Shown in pieces: positions 24,275-36,130 of a DNA stretch of 64,000 nt (its first letter is position 1; each line of letters opens with the position of its first letter). A program made the position numbers and the translations under genes. This DNA is from Candidatus Cloacimonadales bacterium (GTDB lineage Bacteria; Cloacimonadota; Cloacimonadia; Cloacimonadales; JAFGVF01): NCBI GenBank assembly GCA_963677495.2, contig CAXXOU010000003.1, forward strand, positions 96,001 to 160,000, given 5' to 3'. A model generated the notes under the pieces. The model was given only the letters and a program-made list of their open reading frames with translations, searched no databases and was not told the DNA's origin.

Positions 24275-24898
24275 CTATTTGGAATAGAATTCAACGATTA
24301 AACGAACATCGACGTTAACCGGGATTTCATCCGCAGCCGGTACAGCTACGAATTCACCTTTAAATTTATCTTTCTCTACTGTTAACCATGAGTAAGGAGA
24401 AGTAAGAGATGTCATATCCATAGCATCAACGATAGCTGAGCAAGTACGACTCTTTTCTTTAATCTCAATTACATCACCAGGTTTAAGTAGGTAAGACGGG
24501 ATATCTACACGTTTTCCGTTTACAAGAACATGACCATGATTAACGAACTGTCTGGACTGCATACGAGTTACAGCAAATCCCATTCTATAAACAGTGTTAT
24601 CAAGTCTTCTTTCAAGAATCTGTAAAAGGTTTTCACCAGTTACACCGGCCATTTTCTCTGCTTTTGTATAATAATTAAAGAACTGCTTTTCCATCAGACA
24701 GTAAGTATATCTGAGTTTCTGCTTTTCTTTAAGATGAATACCGTAATCAGACATTTTTTTTCTGAAACGTTTGCCATTACCATGCTGTCCCGGAGCATAG
24801 TTTTTCTTCTGAAGGATACGATCGTATTTTGGTGTACCAAAAATGTTTTCACCAAACTTACGGCATATCTTAGCTTTAGGTCCTGTATATCTAGCCAT
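24275..24898 (-). CDS. rpsD: 30S ribosomal protein S4
   Basis: MARYTGP, LERRLDN, IVEFYSK. Confidence 0.98.
   Translation of the reverse strand: MARYTGPKAKICRKFGENIFGTPKYDRILQKKNYAPGQHGNGKRFRKKMSDYGIHLKEKQKLRYTYCLMEKQFFNYYTKAEKMAGVTGENLLQILERRLDNTVYRMGFAVTRMQSRQFVNHGHVLVNGKRVDIPSYLLKPGDVIEIKEKSRTCSAIVDAMDMTSLTSPYSWLTVEKDKFKGEFVAVPAADEIPVNVDVRLIVEFYSK

Positions 24899-24911
24899 TT
24901 AACTTCCTCCG

Positions 24912-25301
24912 TTATATTCTTCTAGTCTTAGGCGGACGACAGCCATTGTGTGGAATCGGAGTTTCGTCATGGATAGCTGTAACCTGGATACCGGCTGCAT
25001 TGATAGCACGGATAGAAGATTCTCTACCGCCACCGGGGCCTCTTACGATTACTTGGACTTTTGCAATACCCATTTCCATTGCAGCCTTTGCCACTTCTTC
25101 AGCAGCTAACTGTGCAGCATATGGAGTACTCTTTTTTGAGCCTTTGTAACCAACTTTACCACCACTAGACCAGACAAGAGTATTACCGGCTTTGTCGGAA
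25201 ATAGAAACAATGGTATTATTGAAGCTTGAATGAACGTGAGCTACACCTTCGTCAAAAGCAAGGCGTACACGTTTTTTCTTTACGCGTGTCTTCTTAGCCA
25301 T
24912..25301 (-). CDS. rpsK: 30S ribosomal protein S11
   Basis: [23 protein letters not shown]. Confidence 0.98.

Positions 25302-25309
25302 CTATTCTC

Positions 25310-25684
25310 CTATCTTTTCTTGTTTTTCTTAATAGAACCAGGTTTTGGTCCCTTACGAGTTCTAGCGTTAGTTTTAGTTCTCTGACCACGTACAGGGAGT
25401 CCCCTTTTATGACGTAAGCCTCTATAACTATTGATTTCCATAAGACGTTTGATGTCCATGGCGTTCTTGGTTCTTAATGAACCTTCAACTATATAATCAT
25501 TCTGAATGATATCTCTAAGTAATTTTTCTTCATCGAGTGTGAGATCTTTAACACGAGTACTCTCATCGATGTTAGCTTTACTAAGGATCTCCTCAGATGT
25601 AGTTCTGCCTATACCAAAAATATATGTAAGGCCGATAACTATTCTTTTATTCTTAGGTAACTCGATACCAGCGATATGTGCCAA
25310..25684 (-). 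CDS. rpsM: 30S ribosomal protein S13
   Basis: [27 protein letters not shown] start. Confidence 0.98.

Positions 25685-25699
25685 GCTATTCCTCCTTAG

Positions 25700-25816
25700 T
25701 TAACCTTGTCGCTGCTTGTGTTTTGGGTTAGTTTTACAAATCACACGCACAACACCGTGTCTTTTTATGATCTTACAGTCTTTACATATCTTTTTTACAG
25801 ATGCTCTGACTTTCAT
25700..25816 (-). CDS. rpmJ: 50S ribosomal protein L36 (Zn-binding form; not in the ORF track)
   Basis: Manual translation [38 protein letters not shown]. Confidence 0.97.

Positions 25817-25824
25817 TGTTGCTC

Positions 25825-26043
25825 CTATTTATAACGGTAAGTGATTCTACCTTTAGTTAAGTCATAAGGAGATAATTCTATCTTAACCTTATCACCCGGC
25901 AGAATACGAATTAAATGCATTCTCATCTTACCTGAGATATGAGCCAAAATAACATGGTCATTCTCTAACTTTACTTTAAAGGTGGTATTCGGTAACGATT
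26001 CTATTACGGTACCTTCTACTTCAATTACACCGGATTTTGCCAT
25825..26043 (-). CDS. infA: Translation initiation factor IF-1
   Basis: [19 protein letters not shown]. Confidence 0.98.

Positions 26044-26046
26044 TGT

Positions 26047-26805
26047 CTAACCTTTGTCTAAGATTTCTGGTTGTTCAGGTTTAATGAGGATTGAGTGCTC
26101 AAAATGAGCGGACAAAGAACCGTCCTTTGTGAAAAACTCCCAACCCTTTTCTACTACACGATTGGTTCCAATATTCACCATAGGTTCGATAGCTATTGTC
26201 ATCCCACTTTTAAGTCTAGCTCCACGACCGGGTTTACCAATGTTAGGAACTTGCGGATCTTCATGCAACTGAGCACCGATACCATGTCCGGTAAGATCAT
26301 CTGCAAGATAATATCCTTCTGATGTTACATAAGATTCAATAGCATGTGATATATCACCAACTCTGTTTCCTGGGATTGCATGTGCAACACCTAGGTCGAG
26401 AGCTCTTTCAGTAACTTCCATAAGCTTCAAAGCCTCTTCAGATACTGTGCCTACAGCAAAAGTTCTTGCTGCATCACCATAGTAACCTTCATAACAAGTT
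26501 CCAACATCTATTCCGATTATATCTCCGTCTTTTAAGACTACTTCCTTGGATGGGATACCATGTACAATACCTGAATTAACAGATGTACATAGTGTTCCTG
26601 GAAATGGTCTAAGACCGGGAACTGTGTAACCTTTAAAAGCAGGTTTAGCTCCTCGTGATCGAATAAAATCTTCAGCCATACGATCAAGTTCGAGGGTAGA
26701 AATACCCGGTTTCACAAATTGTTTCAGTTCTTGAAACAGTGCGAATATGATCTCATTAGCAACACGCATCTTCTGGATACTTCTTTCAGATTTTATTCTA
26801 ATCAT
26047..26805 (-). CDS. map: Methionine aminopeptidase type I
   Basis: HGIP, GHGIG..LHEDP, AIEPM, SAHFEH. Confidence 0.97.
   Translation of the reverse strand: MIRIKSERSIQKMRVANEIIFALFQELKQFVKPGISTLELDRMAEDFIRSRGAKPAFKGYTVPGLRPFPGTLCTSVNSGIVHGIPSKEVVLKDGDIIGIDVGTCYEGYYGDAARTFAVGTVSEEALKLMEVTERALDLGVAHAIPGNRVGDISHAIESYVTSEGYYLADDLTGHGIGAQLHEDPQVPNIGKPGRGARLKSGMTIAIEPMVNIGTNRVVEKGWEFFTKDGSLSAHFEHSILIKPEQPEILDKG

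Positions 26806-26807
26806 CC

Positions 26808-28136
26808 TTAGCGACCTGTTCTTCCTCTTAGCTTACCTTTTTTCATGAATCCGTCGTAATGACGCATTACAAGGTGAGATTCAATCTGTTGTAATGTGTC
26901 TAAAGCCACACCAACAACAATGATAAGCCCTGTGCCACCGAAATTGAAGTCGACCTTACCCCATCTCACGAAGAAATCAGGCATGATTGCAACAATCGCG
27001 AAGAATATTGCGCCTGGAAGGGTAATTCTAACAATTACGTTATTTATATAGTCTGAAGTCTTCTTACCTGGTTTCTTACCTGGTATGAATCCTCCGTAGC
27101 GTTTCATGTTCTCCGCCATCTCTACAGGATTCAGCACGATAGCTGTGTAGAAGTATGCAAAGAAGACAATTAATGACACATACAAGAATGTGTAGAAAGC
27201 ATGTCCAGGTGATAACCAGTTAACAAGTCCTACCCAAAAAGCTGAGCCATTGTCTCCACCAGCAAACATAGCGATTGTTCTTGGGAACATAATCACTGAA
27301 TTAGCGAAGATAATAGGAATAACACCCGCTGAGTTCACACGAAGCGGGATATATGTGCTGTGTCCGCCGTACATCTTGCGACCGACGAAGCGTTTTGCGT
27401 ACTGAACCGGGATTTTACGAGTAGCTTCAGTAATCAGGATAACTGCCGCGGTTACTGCGACCATGAGTGCAACCATAATTAAAGCACGGATAATACTAAC
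27501 TTCACCTAATCTAACATCTTGGAACAAGTTCCAGAAGCCAGCAGGATATCTGTCAATAATACCAGCAAAAATTATAAGAGAAATACCATTACCGATTCCA
27601 TTCTCAGTAATTTGTTCTCCAAGCCACATTATCATCATGGTTCCTGTTACCAGAGTCACCATTGTGGAGAGAATAAAGAATGCTCCACCTGCAGGTACAA
27701 CGTTTCCTGCTGTTGACTCAAGGTTTTGAAGAAAGAAAGCGATACTGATAGCATTGAAGCCACCAATAATAACCGTGCCATAACGGGTTAGCTGGTTAAT
27801 TTTTTTCTGTCCTTCAGCACCTTCTTTTCTGAGTTTCTCAAAATAAGGTACAATACTACCTAACAACTGGATTACAATAGATGTTGTAATGTATGGCATA
27901 ATACCTAGAGCAAAAACTGATGCTCTTTGGAAATTACCACCAACAAACAGATCATATAATCCGAATAATGTTTGGTCAGTTCCAGGATTCTGGAAGAAAG
28001 CTTTCAACGCTTCTACATTAACACCAGGGACTGGTATAAAACTACCAAGTCTATAAAGTACTAATATAAAGGTTGTGAATAGTATCTTCTTCCTTAAATC
28101 TGGAATTTTGAAGATATTAGCTATAGTCCTAAACAA
26808..28136 (-). 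CDS. secY: Preprotein translocase SecY
   Basis: FALGIMPYIT, GIGNGISLIIF, GVIPIIFA. Confidence 0.98.
   Translation of the reverse strand: MFRTIANIFKIPDLRKKILFTTFILVLYRLGSFIPVPGVNVEALKAFFQNPGTDQTLFGLYDLFVGGNFQRASVFALGIMPYITTSIVIQLLGSIVPYFEKLRKEGAEGQKKINQLTRYGTVIIGGFNAISIAFFLQNLESTAGNVVPAGGAFFILSTMVTLVTGTMMIMWLGEQITENGIGNGISLIIFAGIIDRYPAGFWNLFQDVRLGEVSIIRALIMVALMVAVTAAVILITEATRKIPVQYAKRFVGRKMYGGHSTYIPLRVNSAGVIPIIFANSVIMFPRTIAMFAGGDNGSAFWVGLVNWLSPGHAFYTFLYVSLIVFFAYFYTAIVLNPVEMAENMKRYGGFIPGKKPGKKTSDYINNVIVRITLPGAIFFAIVAIMPDFFVRWGKVDFNFGGTGLIIVVGVALDTLQQIESHLVMRHYDGFMKKGKLRGRTGR

Positions 28137-28137
28137 G

Positions 28138-28593
28138 TTAAACTACCTCCGCCTTACCACCGTTAGCCTCAATAAGCTTTTTAGCATTCTCAGAGAATGC
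28201 GTTTGCTTTGATATTAACAGTCTGTTTAAATTCAGTATCAGTATTGGCGAGAATTTTAACCTTTGCTTTACCTTTCTTACCGCTGCAAGAGATGAGTCCT
28301 AACTCTTCCATTTTAGCGATATCTAAATCTGTTTCATTAAGAGCGACCAGTTGTGCAAGATTAACAATGCGGTATTCCACTCTGTTCCAGTTTTTAAAAC
28401 CACGTTTTGGGAGACGACGCTGAATCGGCATCTGTCCACCCTCAAACCAGATTGGAACTTTCCCGCCAGATCGGGATTTTTGACCTTTATGTCCTCTTCC
28501 AGCCTGATGTCCATAACCGGAAGCCTGTCCTTTACCAAGTCTTTTTTGTTTCTTTTTTACGTTTGGTCGCTTTATGCTATTAAGAGAATACAT
28138..28593 (-). CDS. rplO: 50S ribosomal protein L15
   Basis: GRGHKGQKSRSG, FEGGQMP..RRLPKRGF. Confidence 0.97.
   Translation of the reverse strand: MYSLNSIKRPNVKKKQKRLGKGQASGYGHQAGRGHKGQKSRSGGKVPIWFEGGQMPIQRRLPKRGFKNWNRVEYRIVNLAQLVALNETDLDIAKMEELGLISCSGKKGKAKVKILANTDTEFKQTVNIKANAFSENAKKLIEANGGKAEVV

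Positions 28594-28607
28594 TTTGCTC
28601 TCCTTTC

Positions 28608-28790
28608 TTATTCCGCAACCGGTTCGACTTTCAATAGATAAGATACCTTATCTATCATTCCGAGTATATTCGGAGTGTCTTCGTGAACACGTTGCTTCCC
28701 AATTCGACCTAAGCCCAAGGCTTCAAGAACTCTCTTATGAGTTTCTTTTCTGCCTATCGCACTCTTAACTTGTGTAACTTTTATCTTCAT
28608..28790 (-). CDS. rpmD: 50S ribosomal protein L30
   Basis: KSAIGR..LEALGL; operon position. Confidence 0.96.

Positions 28791-29311
28791 TCTTCCTCCC
28801 CACCGGTGAGTTCGGCAACGGTTTTTCCTCTTAGTCTAGCGATATCGCTAATTGTCCTAAGATTCTTTAAACCGTCAACAACTGCTTTCACAACATTACC
28901 TGATGTGTTTGAGCCGAGTGACTTGCAAAGAATGTTTTCTATACCAACAGCTTCGAGAATTGAGCGAGCTGTACCACCGGCAATAATTCCTGTACCAGGA
29001 CGTGCTGGCTTAAGAAGTACGCGGCTTGCACCAAAGCGTCCAATAATCTCATGAGGGATTGTTCCATTAACAATCGGCACATTAAAGAGATTCTGATTAG
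29101 CTTTGTCTTTAGCTTTGCTGATAGCATCAACAATCTCGTTTGCTTTACCTTTACCAACTCCAACTTTACCATCTTTGTCGCCAATAACAACAATAGCACT
29201 AAAACTGAAGTTTTTACCACCTTTAACAACTTTAGCAACACGCTTGGTGGATACAATCTTTTCTACGAAGATTGGTTCATTTTCGTTCTGGGCATTGAAT
29301 TCCTGTTTCAA
28787..29311 (-). CDS. rpsE: 30S ribosomal protein S5
   Basis: [18 protein letters not shown]. Confidence 0.98.

Positions 29312-29322
29312 TTCATCCTCCC

Positions 29323-29691
29323 TTAGAATTCCAGACCGGCTTTTCTGGCTCCATCAGCAAGAGCCTTCACGCGACCATGATACTTGTATCCGGAGCGATC
29401 GAAACTAACTTGTTTAATTCCGGCTGCAACGGCTTTTTCACCTAATTTAAGACCTACTTGGAAACTCATTTCAGTCTTCTTAGCCTTTTCTCCGCCAAAA
29501 TCTTTAGCGATATTAGACATAGACACAAGTGTCTTACCTGTAGTATCGTCTATAATCTGGGCATATATGTTATTAAGACTACGGTATACGGCTAATCTTG
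29601 GTCTCGCTGGAGTACCACTGAGTTTTTTGCGTATCGCTAATCTTCTGCGATCCCTCATCTCTCTTCTGATTATGCATTTACTTTTTACCAT
29323..29691 (-). CDS. rplR: 50S ribosomal protein L18
   Basis: [25 protein letters not shown]. Confidence 0.98.

Positions 29692-29702
29692 TTTCTCTCC
29701 AA

Positions 29703-30269
29703 TTATGCGCCAGCTTTAACTGTTTTAATGGAAATATGCTCATCATGATAACGAACACCTTTACCTTTGTATACCTCTGGAGGTCTACATTTTCTGATTT
29801 CAGCTGCGAATTTACCAACATCTTCTTTATGGATTCCCTTTACAGTAATGATACTGTTGAGATCTTTAATAGAACCACCTCTACCAATCTGCTCAGTAGT
29901 GATAGTGATACCTTCCGGTATCTCCATTAAGATATCATGAGAATATCCTAAAGCAAGCTTTAACCATGGTCCTGTAACATCTGCATTGTATCCGGTTCCG
30001 ATTACCCATAAGATCTTCTGATATCCTTGGGTTACACCAATAACCATGTTATTGATGAGAGCTCTTGTTAAACCATGTAACGCTTTCTCTTCTCTTGAAT
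30101 CATTCGCTCTACTTACGATAATTTCATTTTCTACGATTTCCACTGTGATAAGTGGATTAATCTGATAATCTAATCTGCCGAGTTTACCCTCAACAACAAT
30201 AAGTTTATTCTCAAGTGTAATCTTTACATCTTGTGGGATTGAAATGGGGGATTTTCCTATTCTTGACAT
29703..30269 (-). CDS. rplF: 50S ribosomal protein L6
   Basis: MSRIGK start at 30269 after [14 protein letters not shown]. Confidence 0.96.

Positions 30270-30277
30270 TATTCCTC

Positions 30278-30688
30278 CTACCACACTTTACAAAGATATT
30301 CACCGCCAACTTTCTCTTTACGAGCTTGACGGTCAACCATGACACCATGGCTAGTTGAGATTATTGCTACGCCGGTATTATTGAAAACAGATGGCAGATT
30401 CTGTGAGTTAACATAAACACGTCTTCCAGGGGTTGATACTTTCTGAACACCAGTTAAAACTGGGTTTCCGGTATTAGTGTAACGCAAGTATAAGGTTACT
30501 GTCTTACGACTTTTTTTAATCTCCGGATTTCTCTCGTTGACCTGGTAGCTGTTGATGAAATTTTCTTCAGCTAAAATCTTTATAATGTTCTCAACCAAGT
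30601 TGTTATGATTTACAACAACCTGTTTATGTCCGGCACGATATGCATTCCTGACTTTGGTTAATGCATCAGCTAACGGATCACTAATCAT
30278..30688 (-). CDS. rpsH: 30S ribosomal protein S8
   Basis: DPLADALT.VRN, STPGRRVY, VGGE. Confidence 0.97.
   Translation of the reverse strand: MISDPLADALTKVRNAYRAGHKQVVVNHNNLVENIIKILAEENFINSYQVNERNPEIKKSRKTVTLYLRYTNTGNPVLTGVQKVSTPGRRVYVNSQNLPSVFNNTGVAIISTSHGVMVDRQARKEKVGGEYLCKVW

Positions 30689-30707
30689 TATTCCTCCAAA
30701 TAATTCT

Positions 30708-30893
30708 TTACCAACTTGCTCTGGTTACGCCAGGAATCTGGCCCATAGCAGCATATTTACGGAAGCAGAGACGGCACATTCCAAAATCTCTCATATAAGC
30801 TCTTGGACGTCCGCACACCTTGCAACGATTGTACTTACGTACGCCGAATTTAGGATCTCTTGCTTGTTTTACTCTTAAAGCTTTCTTTGCCAA
30708..30893 (-). CDS. rpsN: 30S ribosomal protein S14 (type Z, Zn-binding)
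   Basis: RCKVCGR..MCRLCFR. Confidence 0.97.

Positions 30894-30904
30894 GCTTCAC
30901 TCCT

Positions 30905-31456
30905 TTATTTGCTTTCACTTTTTTTGAAAGGGAAGCCGAGATTGCGCAGAAGTTCTCTGCTCTCTTCATCCTTTCCAGCAGTGGTTACAATAGTAATGTT
31001 TAACCCGCGGACTGCATCGATTTTATCGAAATCAATCTCTGGGAAAACTGTCTGCTCTTTGATTCCTAAAGAATAACTCCCGCGTCCGTCAAAAGAATTC
31101 TCAGAATATCCTTTGAAGTCTCTGATGCGAGGCATTACTATCGAGATTAAACGATCATAGAACTCCCACATTACTTCGCCACGAAGTGTAACCTTACAAC
31201 CGATAGGCATACCTTCACGGAGCTTAAAGTTAGAAATAGACTTCTTAGCTTTAGTAATAATAGGTTTACGTCCTGTAATTGCAGTAAGATCTTTAACAGC
31301 ACTATCCAGCATTGCTTTATTCTGCGTTGCTTTACCAACACCCATACTTACAACAATCTTATCGAACTTAGGAACCATGTTCACATTTTTATAATTAAAA
31401 TGCTTCATGAGAGCAGGGATAACTTCGTCTCTGTATTTAACTTCTTTACGATTCAT
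30905..31456 (-). CDS. rplE: 50S ribosomal protein L5
   Basis: [20 protein letters not shown]. Confidence 0.98.

Positions 31457-31465
31457 CTTTGCTCC

Positions 31466-31783
31466 TTATAACTCATCACCGGTCTTCTTACAGACTCTGA
31501 TTCTTTTGCCATCAGCGCCTTTTCTGAAACCGACCTTGGTTACGTCATTGATTTTTTCATTATAAATCATTACATTTGAAGCATCTATTGGAGCTTCCAT
31601 GTGAATGATTCCACCCTGTGGATTCTGCTGAGAAGGTTTAGCATGTTTTTTAATCATGTTTACTTTCTCAACAATCACTCTACCAGTTTTTGGAAAAGCT
31701 TTAAGAACTGTGCCTTTTACGCCTTTGTCATTACCGGAAAGAACAACTACGTTGTCACCTTTTTTTATTTTCATTTTACTCAT
31466..31783 (-). CDS. rplX: 50S ribosomal protein L24
   Basis: [21 protein letters not shown]; start at the second Met after GGAG. Confidence 0.96.

Positions 31784-31793
31784 TTCAAAACTC

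Positions 31794-32162
31794 CTATAAC
31801 ACTTCTGGTGCAAGAGAAACGATTTTCATGAATTCATGTTCTCTTAATTCACGGGCTACAGGACCGAAGATACGGGTTCCTTTTGGTTCCATCTTTTCAT
31901 CAAGAATAACTGCTGCGTTATCCTGGAATCTAATATAAGAACCATCAGGTCTTCTGATCTCTTTAGCTGTTCTTACGATAACAGCTTTCTGAACGGTGCC
32001 TTTTTTCACTTTACCGGTTGGAGTAGCAGATTTAATAGCTACGACAATAATGTCTCCGACGGAAGCGTATTTCCTTTTTGATCCACCGAGAACCTTAATA
32101 CACATAGCTTTTTTCGCACCTGAGTTATCAGCAACATTGAGCATTGTCTGTACTTGTATCAT
31794..32162 (-). CDS. rplN: 50S ribosomal protein L14
   Basis: [20 protein letters not shown]. Confidence 0.98.

Positions 32163-32171
32163 CTCTACTCC

Positions 32172-32426
32172 TTATTTGCTAACTTCAATTACTTTCTTAA
32201 GAATCCATCTCTTACGAGCGCTCATTGGACGATACTCTTCTATCATCACTGTATCACCAATATGAGCTTCATTATTCTCGTCATGAGCCATGAATTTTTT
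32301 GTGTTTACGAACAGTCTTTTTATATAATGGATGCATGAACTGTCTTTCTGAACGAACTACAATTGTCTTGTCCATTTTATCACTGACAACAACGCCAACT
32401 TTATTCAGCTTTCTTTCGTATGCCAT
32172..32426 (-). CDS. rpsQ: 30S ribosomal protein S17
   Basis: [17 protein letters not shown]. Confidence 0.98.

Positions 32427-32438
32427 TTTTAACCTCTC

Positions 32439-32627
32439 TTATGCCTTCTTCTCAGTGAGGATAGTTTTGATACGTGCAATATCTTTCTTAGCCTCACGAA
32501 TACGTAAAGGGTTATCCAGAAGGTTTCTTACAACCTGAAAGCGTAAGTTGAACAGCTCAACATGCAAATCTTCTAACTTGTGGTTTAATTCTTCCACTGT
32601 CATTTCTCTGAGCTCTTGGGCCTTCAT
32439..32627 (-). CDS. rpmC: 50S ribosomal protein L29
   Basis: [14 protein letters not shown]. Confidence 0.97.

Positions 32628-33043
32628 ATCTCTACTCCTTCACGAGCAACCATCTTTGTTTTAATTGGAAGTTTATGACCTGCTAAACGCATAGCTTCAC
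32701 GAGCTATTTTTAAGTCAACTCCTTGGATTTCAAACATTACACGTCCCGGTTTTACAACAGCTACCCAGTATTCTGGTGAACCTTTACCTTTACCCATACG
32801 AGTTTCAGCAGGTTTTGATGTAAGTGGTTTGTCCGGGAAAATTCTGATCCAAACTTTACCAACACGTTTCATTTGACGAGTGATAGCAACACGAGCAGCT
32901 TCTATTTGACGACTGGAAATCCAACCATCCTGCATAGCGATTAAAGCATAATCACCGAAGCTTACTTCTGAACCGCGATAGGCTAAACCTGTACGTCTAC
33001 CGCGCTGTACTTTTCTATGTTTAACTTTCTTTGGTGCTAACAT
32624..33043 (-). CDS. rplP: 50S ribosomal protein L16
   Basis: RQIEAAR, RMGKGKG. Confidence 0.98.

Positions 33044-33062
33044 CTATATTCTCCTTATTCTC

Positions 33063-33710
33063 TTAATCGAGAATATCGCCTCTGTAGATCCAAACCTTAA
33101 TACCGATAATTCCGTATGTAGTCTGAGCTTCGATCAGAGCATAATCAATATCAGCACGAAGTGTATGTAATGGAGTTCTACCTTGTTTGTAGCGCTCAGT
33201 TCTAGCGATTTCAGCTCCGCCTAAACGGCCTGCACACTGAACTTTGATTCCTAAAGCACCGTCTGTCATTGCTTTTCTCATAGCCATTTTCATAGCACGA
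33301 CGGAAAGATACTCTCTCCTCAAGCTGACGGGCAATTTCCTGTCCAATTAATGATGCATCTAACCATGTTTTCTGAATCTCGATGATGTTAATCATCACTT
33401 TCAGAGGAGCTTGACGCTTCTTGTTTACTAAAAGATTAATCTCTCCTCTAAGGCGATTGATGTCTTCACCCTTCTTACCGATAACTAAACCAGGTTTTGA
33501 AGTATGAATATCAATGTTGATAGAGTTTGTTTTTCTTGAGATCTGAATCTTAGAAACCATCTTTCTTGCTAAACGCTTCTGAATATAGTTTCTTACCTTA
33601 AGGTCTTCAAGCAAATTATCAACATAGGCGTCACCTTTGGCGAACCAGATTGATTCAGTCTGCTTGTTAACTCCGACTCGGTACAGTACTGGATTAATTT
33701 TCTGTCCCAA
33063..33710 (-). CDS. rpsC: 30S ribosomal protein S3
   Basis: GQKINP, GRLGGAEIAR, PLHTLRADIDY. Confidence 0.98.
   Translation of the reverse strand: MGQKINPVLYRVGVNKQTESIWFAKGDAYVDNLLEDLKVRNYIQKRLARKMVSKIQISRKTNSINIDIHTSKPGLVIGKKGEDINRLRGEINLLVNKKRQAPLKVMINIIEIQKTWLDASLIGQEIARQLEERVSFRRAMKMAMRKAMTDGALGIKVQCAGRLGGAEIARTERYKQGRTPLHTLRADIDYALIEAQTTYGIIGIKVWIYRGDILD

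Positions 33711-33719
33711 TGATTCCTC

Positions 33720-34058
33720 CTATTCCTTTTCCTTCAAGCCTAAGGTAATATGGCATGTTCTACGACGTACAACAAATGCTCTACCCTGTGCTCTTGCTTG
33801 GAATCTCTTCATTATAGGACCATCATCAGCAAAAGCGTCGGCAACGACAAGGTTATTTAAATCAACTTTATTATCTTTCTGCTGGGCATTAGCGATCGCA
33901 GAATTTAGCAGTTTACCTATCGGAGCAGCGACTCTTTTAGTTGAGAACATCAGAATCTTCTGAGCTTCAGGAACTGAAATCCCACGAATAAGGTCCAAAA
34001 CTAATCTAGCTTTTCTAGCGGAACCTCTATGGTAGCGAAGTATTGCTTTAGCTTCCAT
33720..34058 (-). CDS. rplV: 50S ribosomal protein L22
   Basis: SARKARLV, RAQGRA. Confidence 0.97.
   Translation of the reverse strand: MEAKAILRYHRGSARKARLVLDLIRGISVPEAQKILMFSTKRVAAPIGKLLNSAIANAQQKDNKVDLNNLVVADAFADDGPIMKRFQARAQGRAFVVRRRTCHITLGLKEKE

Positions 34059-34076
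34059 TCTCGTTACTCCTTATCT

Positions 34077-34343
34077 CTATTTCTTCTTATCTTTATGTCC
34101 GCGGAAGGTACGTGTTGGTGAGAATTCACCTAACTTATGACCAACCATATTCTCGGATACATAAACCGGTACAAATTTACGTCCATTATGGACAGCGAAT
34201 GTATGACCGATGAACTCAGGAAGAACTGTAGAACGACGAGACCATGTCTTGATAACAGTTTTCTTGCCATCTTTATTCAGCTCATCAACTTTCTTCACAA
34301 GATGTTCATCTACGAAAGGGCCTTTCTTTAAAGATCTGGGCAT
34077..34343 (-). CDS. rpsS: 30S ribosomal protein S19
   Basis: [15 protein letters not shown]. Confidence 0.98.

Positions 34344-34352
34344 TAGTTCCTC

Positions 34353-35183
34353 CTACTTCTTCTTCTTAGCTTTGATAATATACTTATCAGAGTACTTTCT
34401 AGTCTTACGGGTCTTTCCGCCTTTAGCGAGTTTACCCCAAGGAGATCTTGGATGACCACCACCAGAGGTTTTGGCTTCACCACCACCCATTGGATGGTCA
34501 ACAGGGTTCATAACAACACCACGTACGGTAGGTCTGATACCCATCCATCTTTTACGACCGGCTTTACCAAGTTTGATCAAGTTACGTTCAATGTTTGAAA
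34601 CCTGACCCATTGTAGCGTAGCACTCTTTACGAATAAGATGCACATCATTTGAAGGCATTTTAACGTGAACATAGTCACCATCTTTTGCAACAACTTGAGC
34701 TGAAGCACCGGCTGAACGAGCGATCTGACCACCCTTGCCTCTCTTCATTTCAATGTTATGTACTACTGAACCTAATGGGATACGATCTAAAGGAAGAGCG
34801 TTTCCTACTGAGAATTCAGCTTCTGGACCACTTACAACAGTCATTCCAACTTTAAGTCCGTCTGGTGCTATGATATATCTTTTCTCTCCATCTACATAAT
34901 GAAGCAATGCGATTCTTGCAGTTCTGTTTGGATCGTATTCGATCGTAGCAACAGTAGCAGGAATACCAAGTTTATTACGTTTGAAGTCAATAATTCTATA
35001 ATGACGTCTGTGACCACCACCACGATGACGACATGTGATGCGTCCCTGGTTGTTACGGCCACCGGTTTTTCTAAGCGGGGCAAGGAGTGATTTTTCAGGT
35101 GTTGAAGTTGTAATCTCTTCAAATGTATAACCTGTTTTAAATCTTTGAGTCGGTGTTACCGGTTTATAATGTTTAATTCCCAT
34353..35183 (-). CDS. rplB: 50S ribosomal protein L2
   Basis: [17 protein letters not shown]. 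Confidence 0.98.

Positions 35184-35195
35184 TTTAACTCCTCA

Positions 35196-35483
35196 TTATA
35201 ACTCAAAGTCCGGAATAGTCTGGCCTTCAGCAAGTGTTACAATTGCTTTCTTCCAGTCCGCTCTTTTGCCGGCATAACGACCTAATCTCTTAGGTTTGCC
35301 TTTGTACTTTATTGTGTTAACATTTACAACTTTCACGTTGAAGATCTGCTCAATCACTTTTCTGATCTCGATCTTGTTAGCATTGATGCTAACTTTAAAA
35401 GTGTAACTGTTCTGACTTTCTTTAATCAAACTGCTTTTTTCAGTTATGATAGGGGCAATGATTATTTCTCTTGGATGTATCAT
35196..35483 (-). CDS. rplW: 50S ribosomal protein L23
   Basis: PIITEK, WKKAIVTL. Confidence 0.97.
   Translation of the reverse strand: MIHPREIIIAPIITEKSSLIKESQNSYTFKVSINANKIEIRKVIEQIFNVKVVNVNTIKYKGKPKRLGRYAGKRADWKKAIVTLAEGQTIPDFEL

Positions 35484-36115
35484 TTTGCGAAAACCTCCAC
35501 CATTTTGCTAAGCGCAGATTCTGTGATTACAAGGTGTTTGCTTTTCATAATCTCATAAGCGTATAAGCCATCTGCACGATCAGCTTCTACCTTAGGAAGA
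35601 TTCAAGAATGATTTCACAACTGCCTTGTCATGACCTTCAGTTACTAATAAAAGTCTCTCATTCTTAGGAGCTACTTTATAGAGAAATTCTTTAGCATTTT
35701 TTGTGCTTGGTTTCTCGAACTTAAGATCTTCAATGATGTATACCTTACCTTCTTGAGCTTTAGCTGTTAATGCAAGCTTAAGCGCAAGTCTTTTCTTCTT
35801 CTTAGGGATATGACGATACCAGTTCTTAGGATCGATACCGAAAGCCATACCACCACCACGACGAATAACAGTACGTCTGTTACCAACACGTGCATTACCG
35901 GTACCTTTCTGTTTGAAAAGTTTTCTTCCACTTCCCTGTACAAGAGCACGGTTTTTCTTTGCAACTGTACCTTGACGCTGATTAGCACGGTACATTTTGA
36001 TAACTTCGTGCAGAAGAGCTTCAGGGTTCTTCGCTGTAGCAGCAAAAAGTGCTTCTGGAAGTTCCACTTTACCTTTCTGTTCGCCTGATGCAGAATATTT
36101 AATTGCTTCTAACAT
35480..36115 (-). CDS. rplD: 50S ribosomal protein L4
   Basis: RQGT, QKGTGNAR. Confidence 0.97.
   Translation of the reverse strand: MLEAIKYSASGEQKGKVELPEALFAATAKNPEALLHEVIKMYRANQRQGTVAKKNRALVQGSGRKLFKQKGTGNARVGNRRTVIRRGGGMAFGIDPKNWYRHIPKKKKRLALKLALTAKAQEGKVYIIEDLKFEKPSTKNAKEFLYKVAPKNERLLLVTEGHDKAVVKSFLNLPKVEADRADGLYAYEIMKSKHLVITESALSKMVEVFAK

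Positions 36116-36130
36116 TATATCTCTCCTGCA

Noticed and set aside
26805..26808. Absence of adk between secY and map as a novelty
   Set aside because: The secY-map-infA order without adk is common in Bacteroidota and other lineages.
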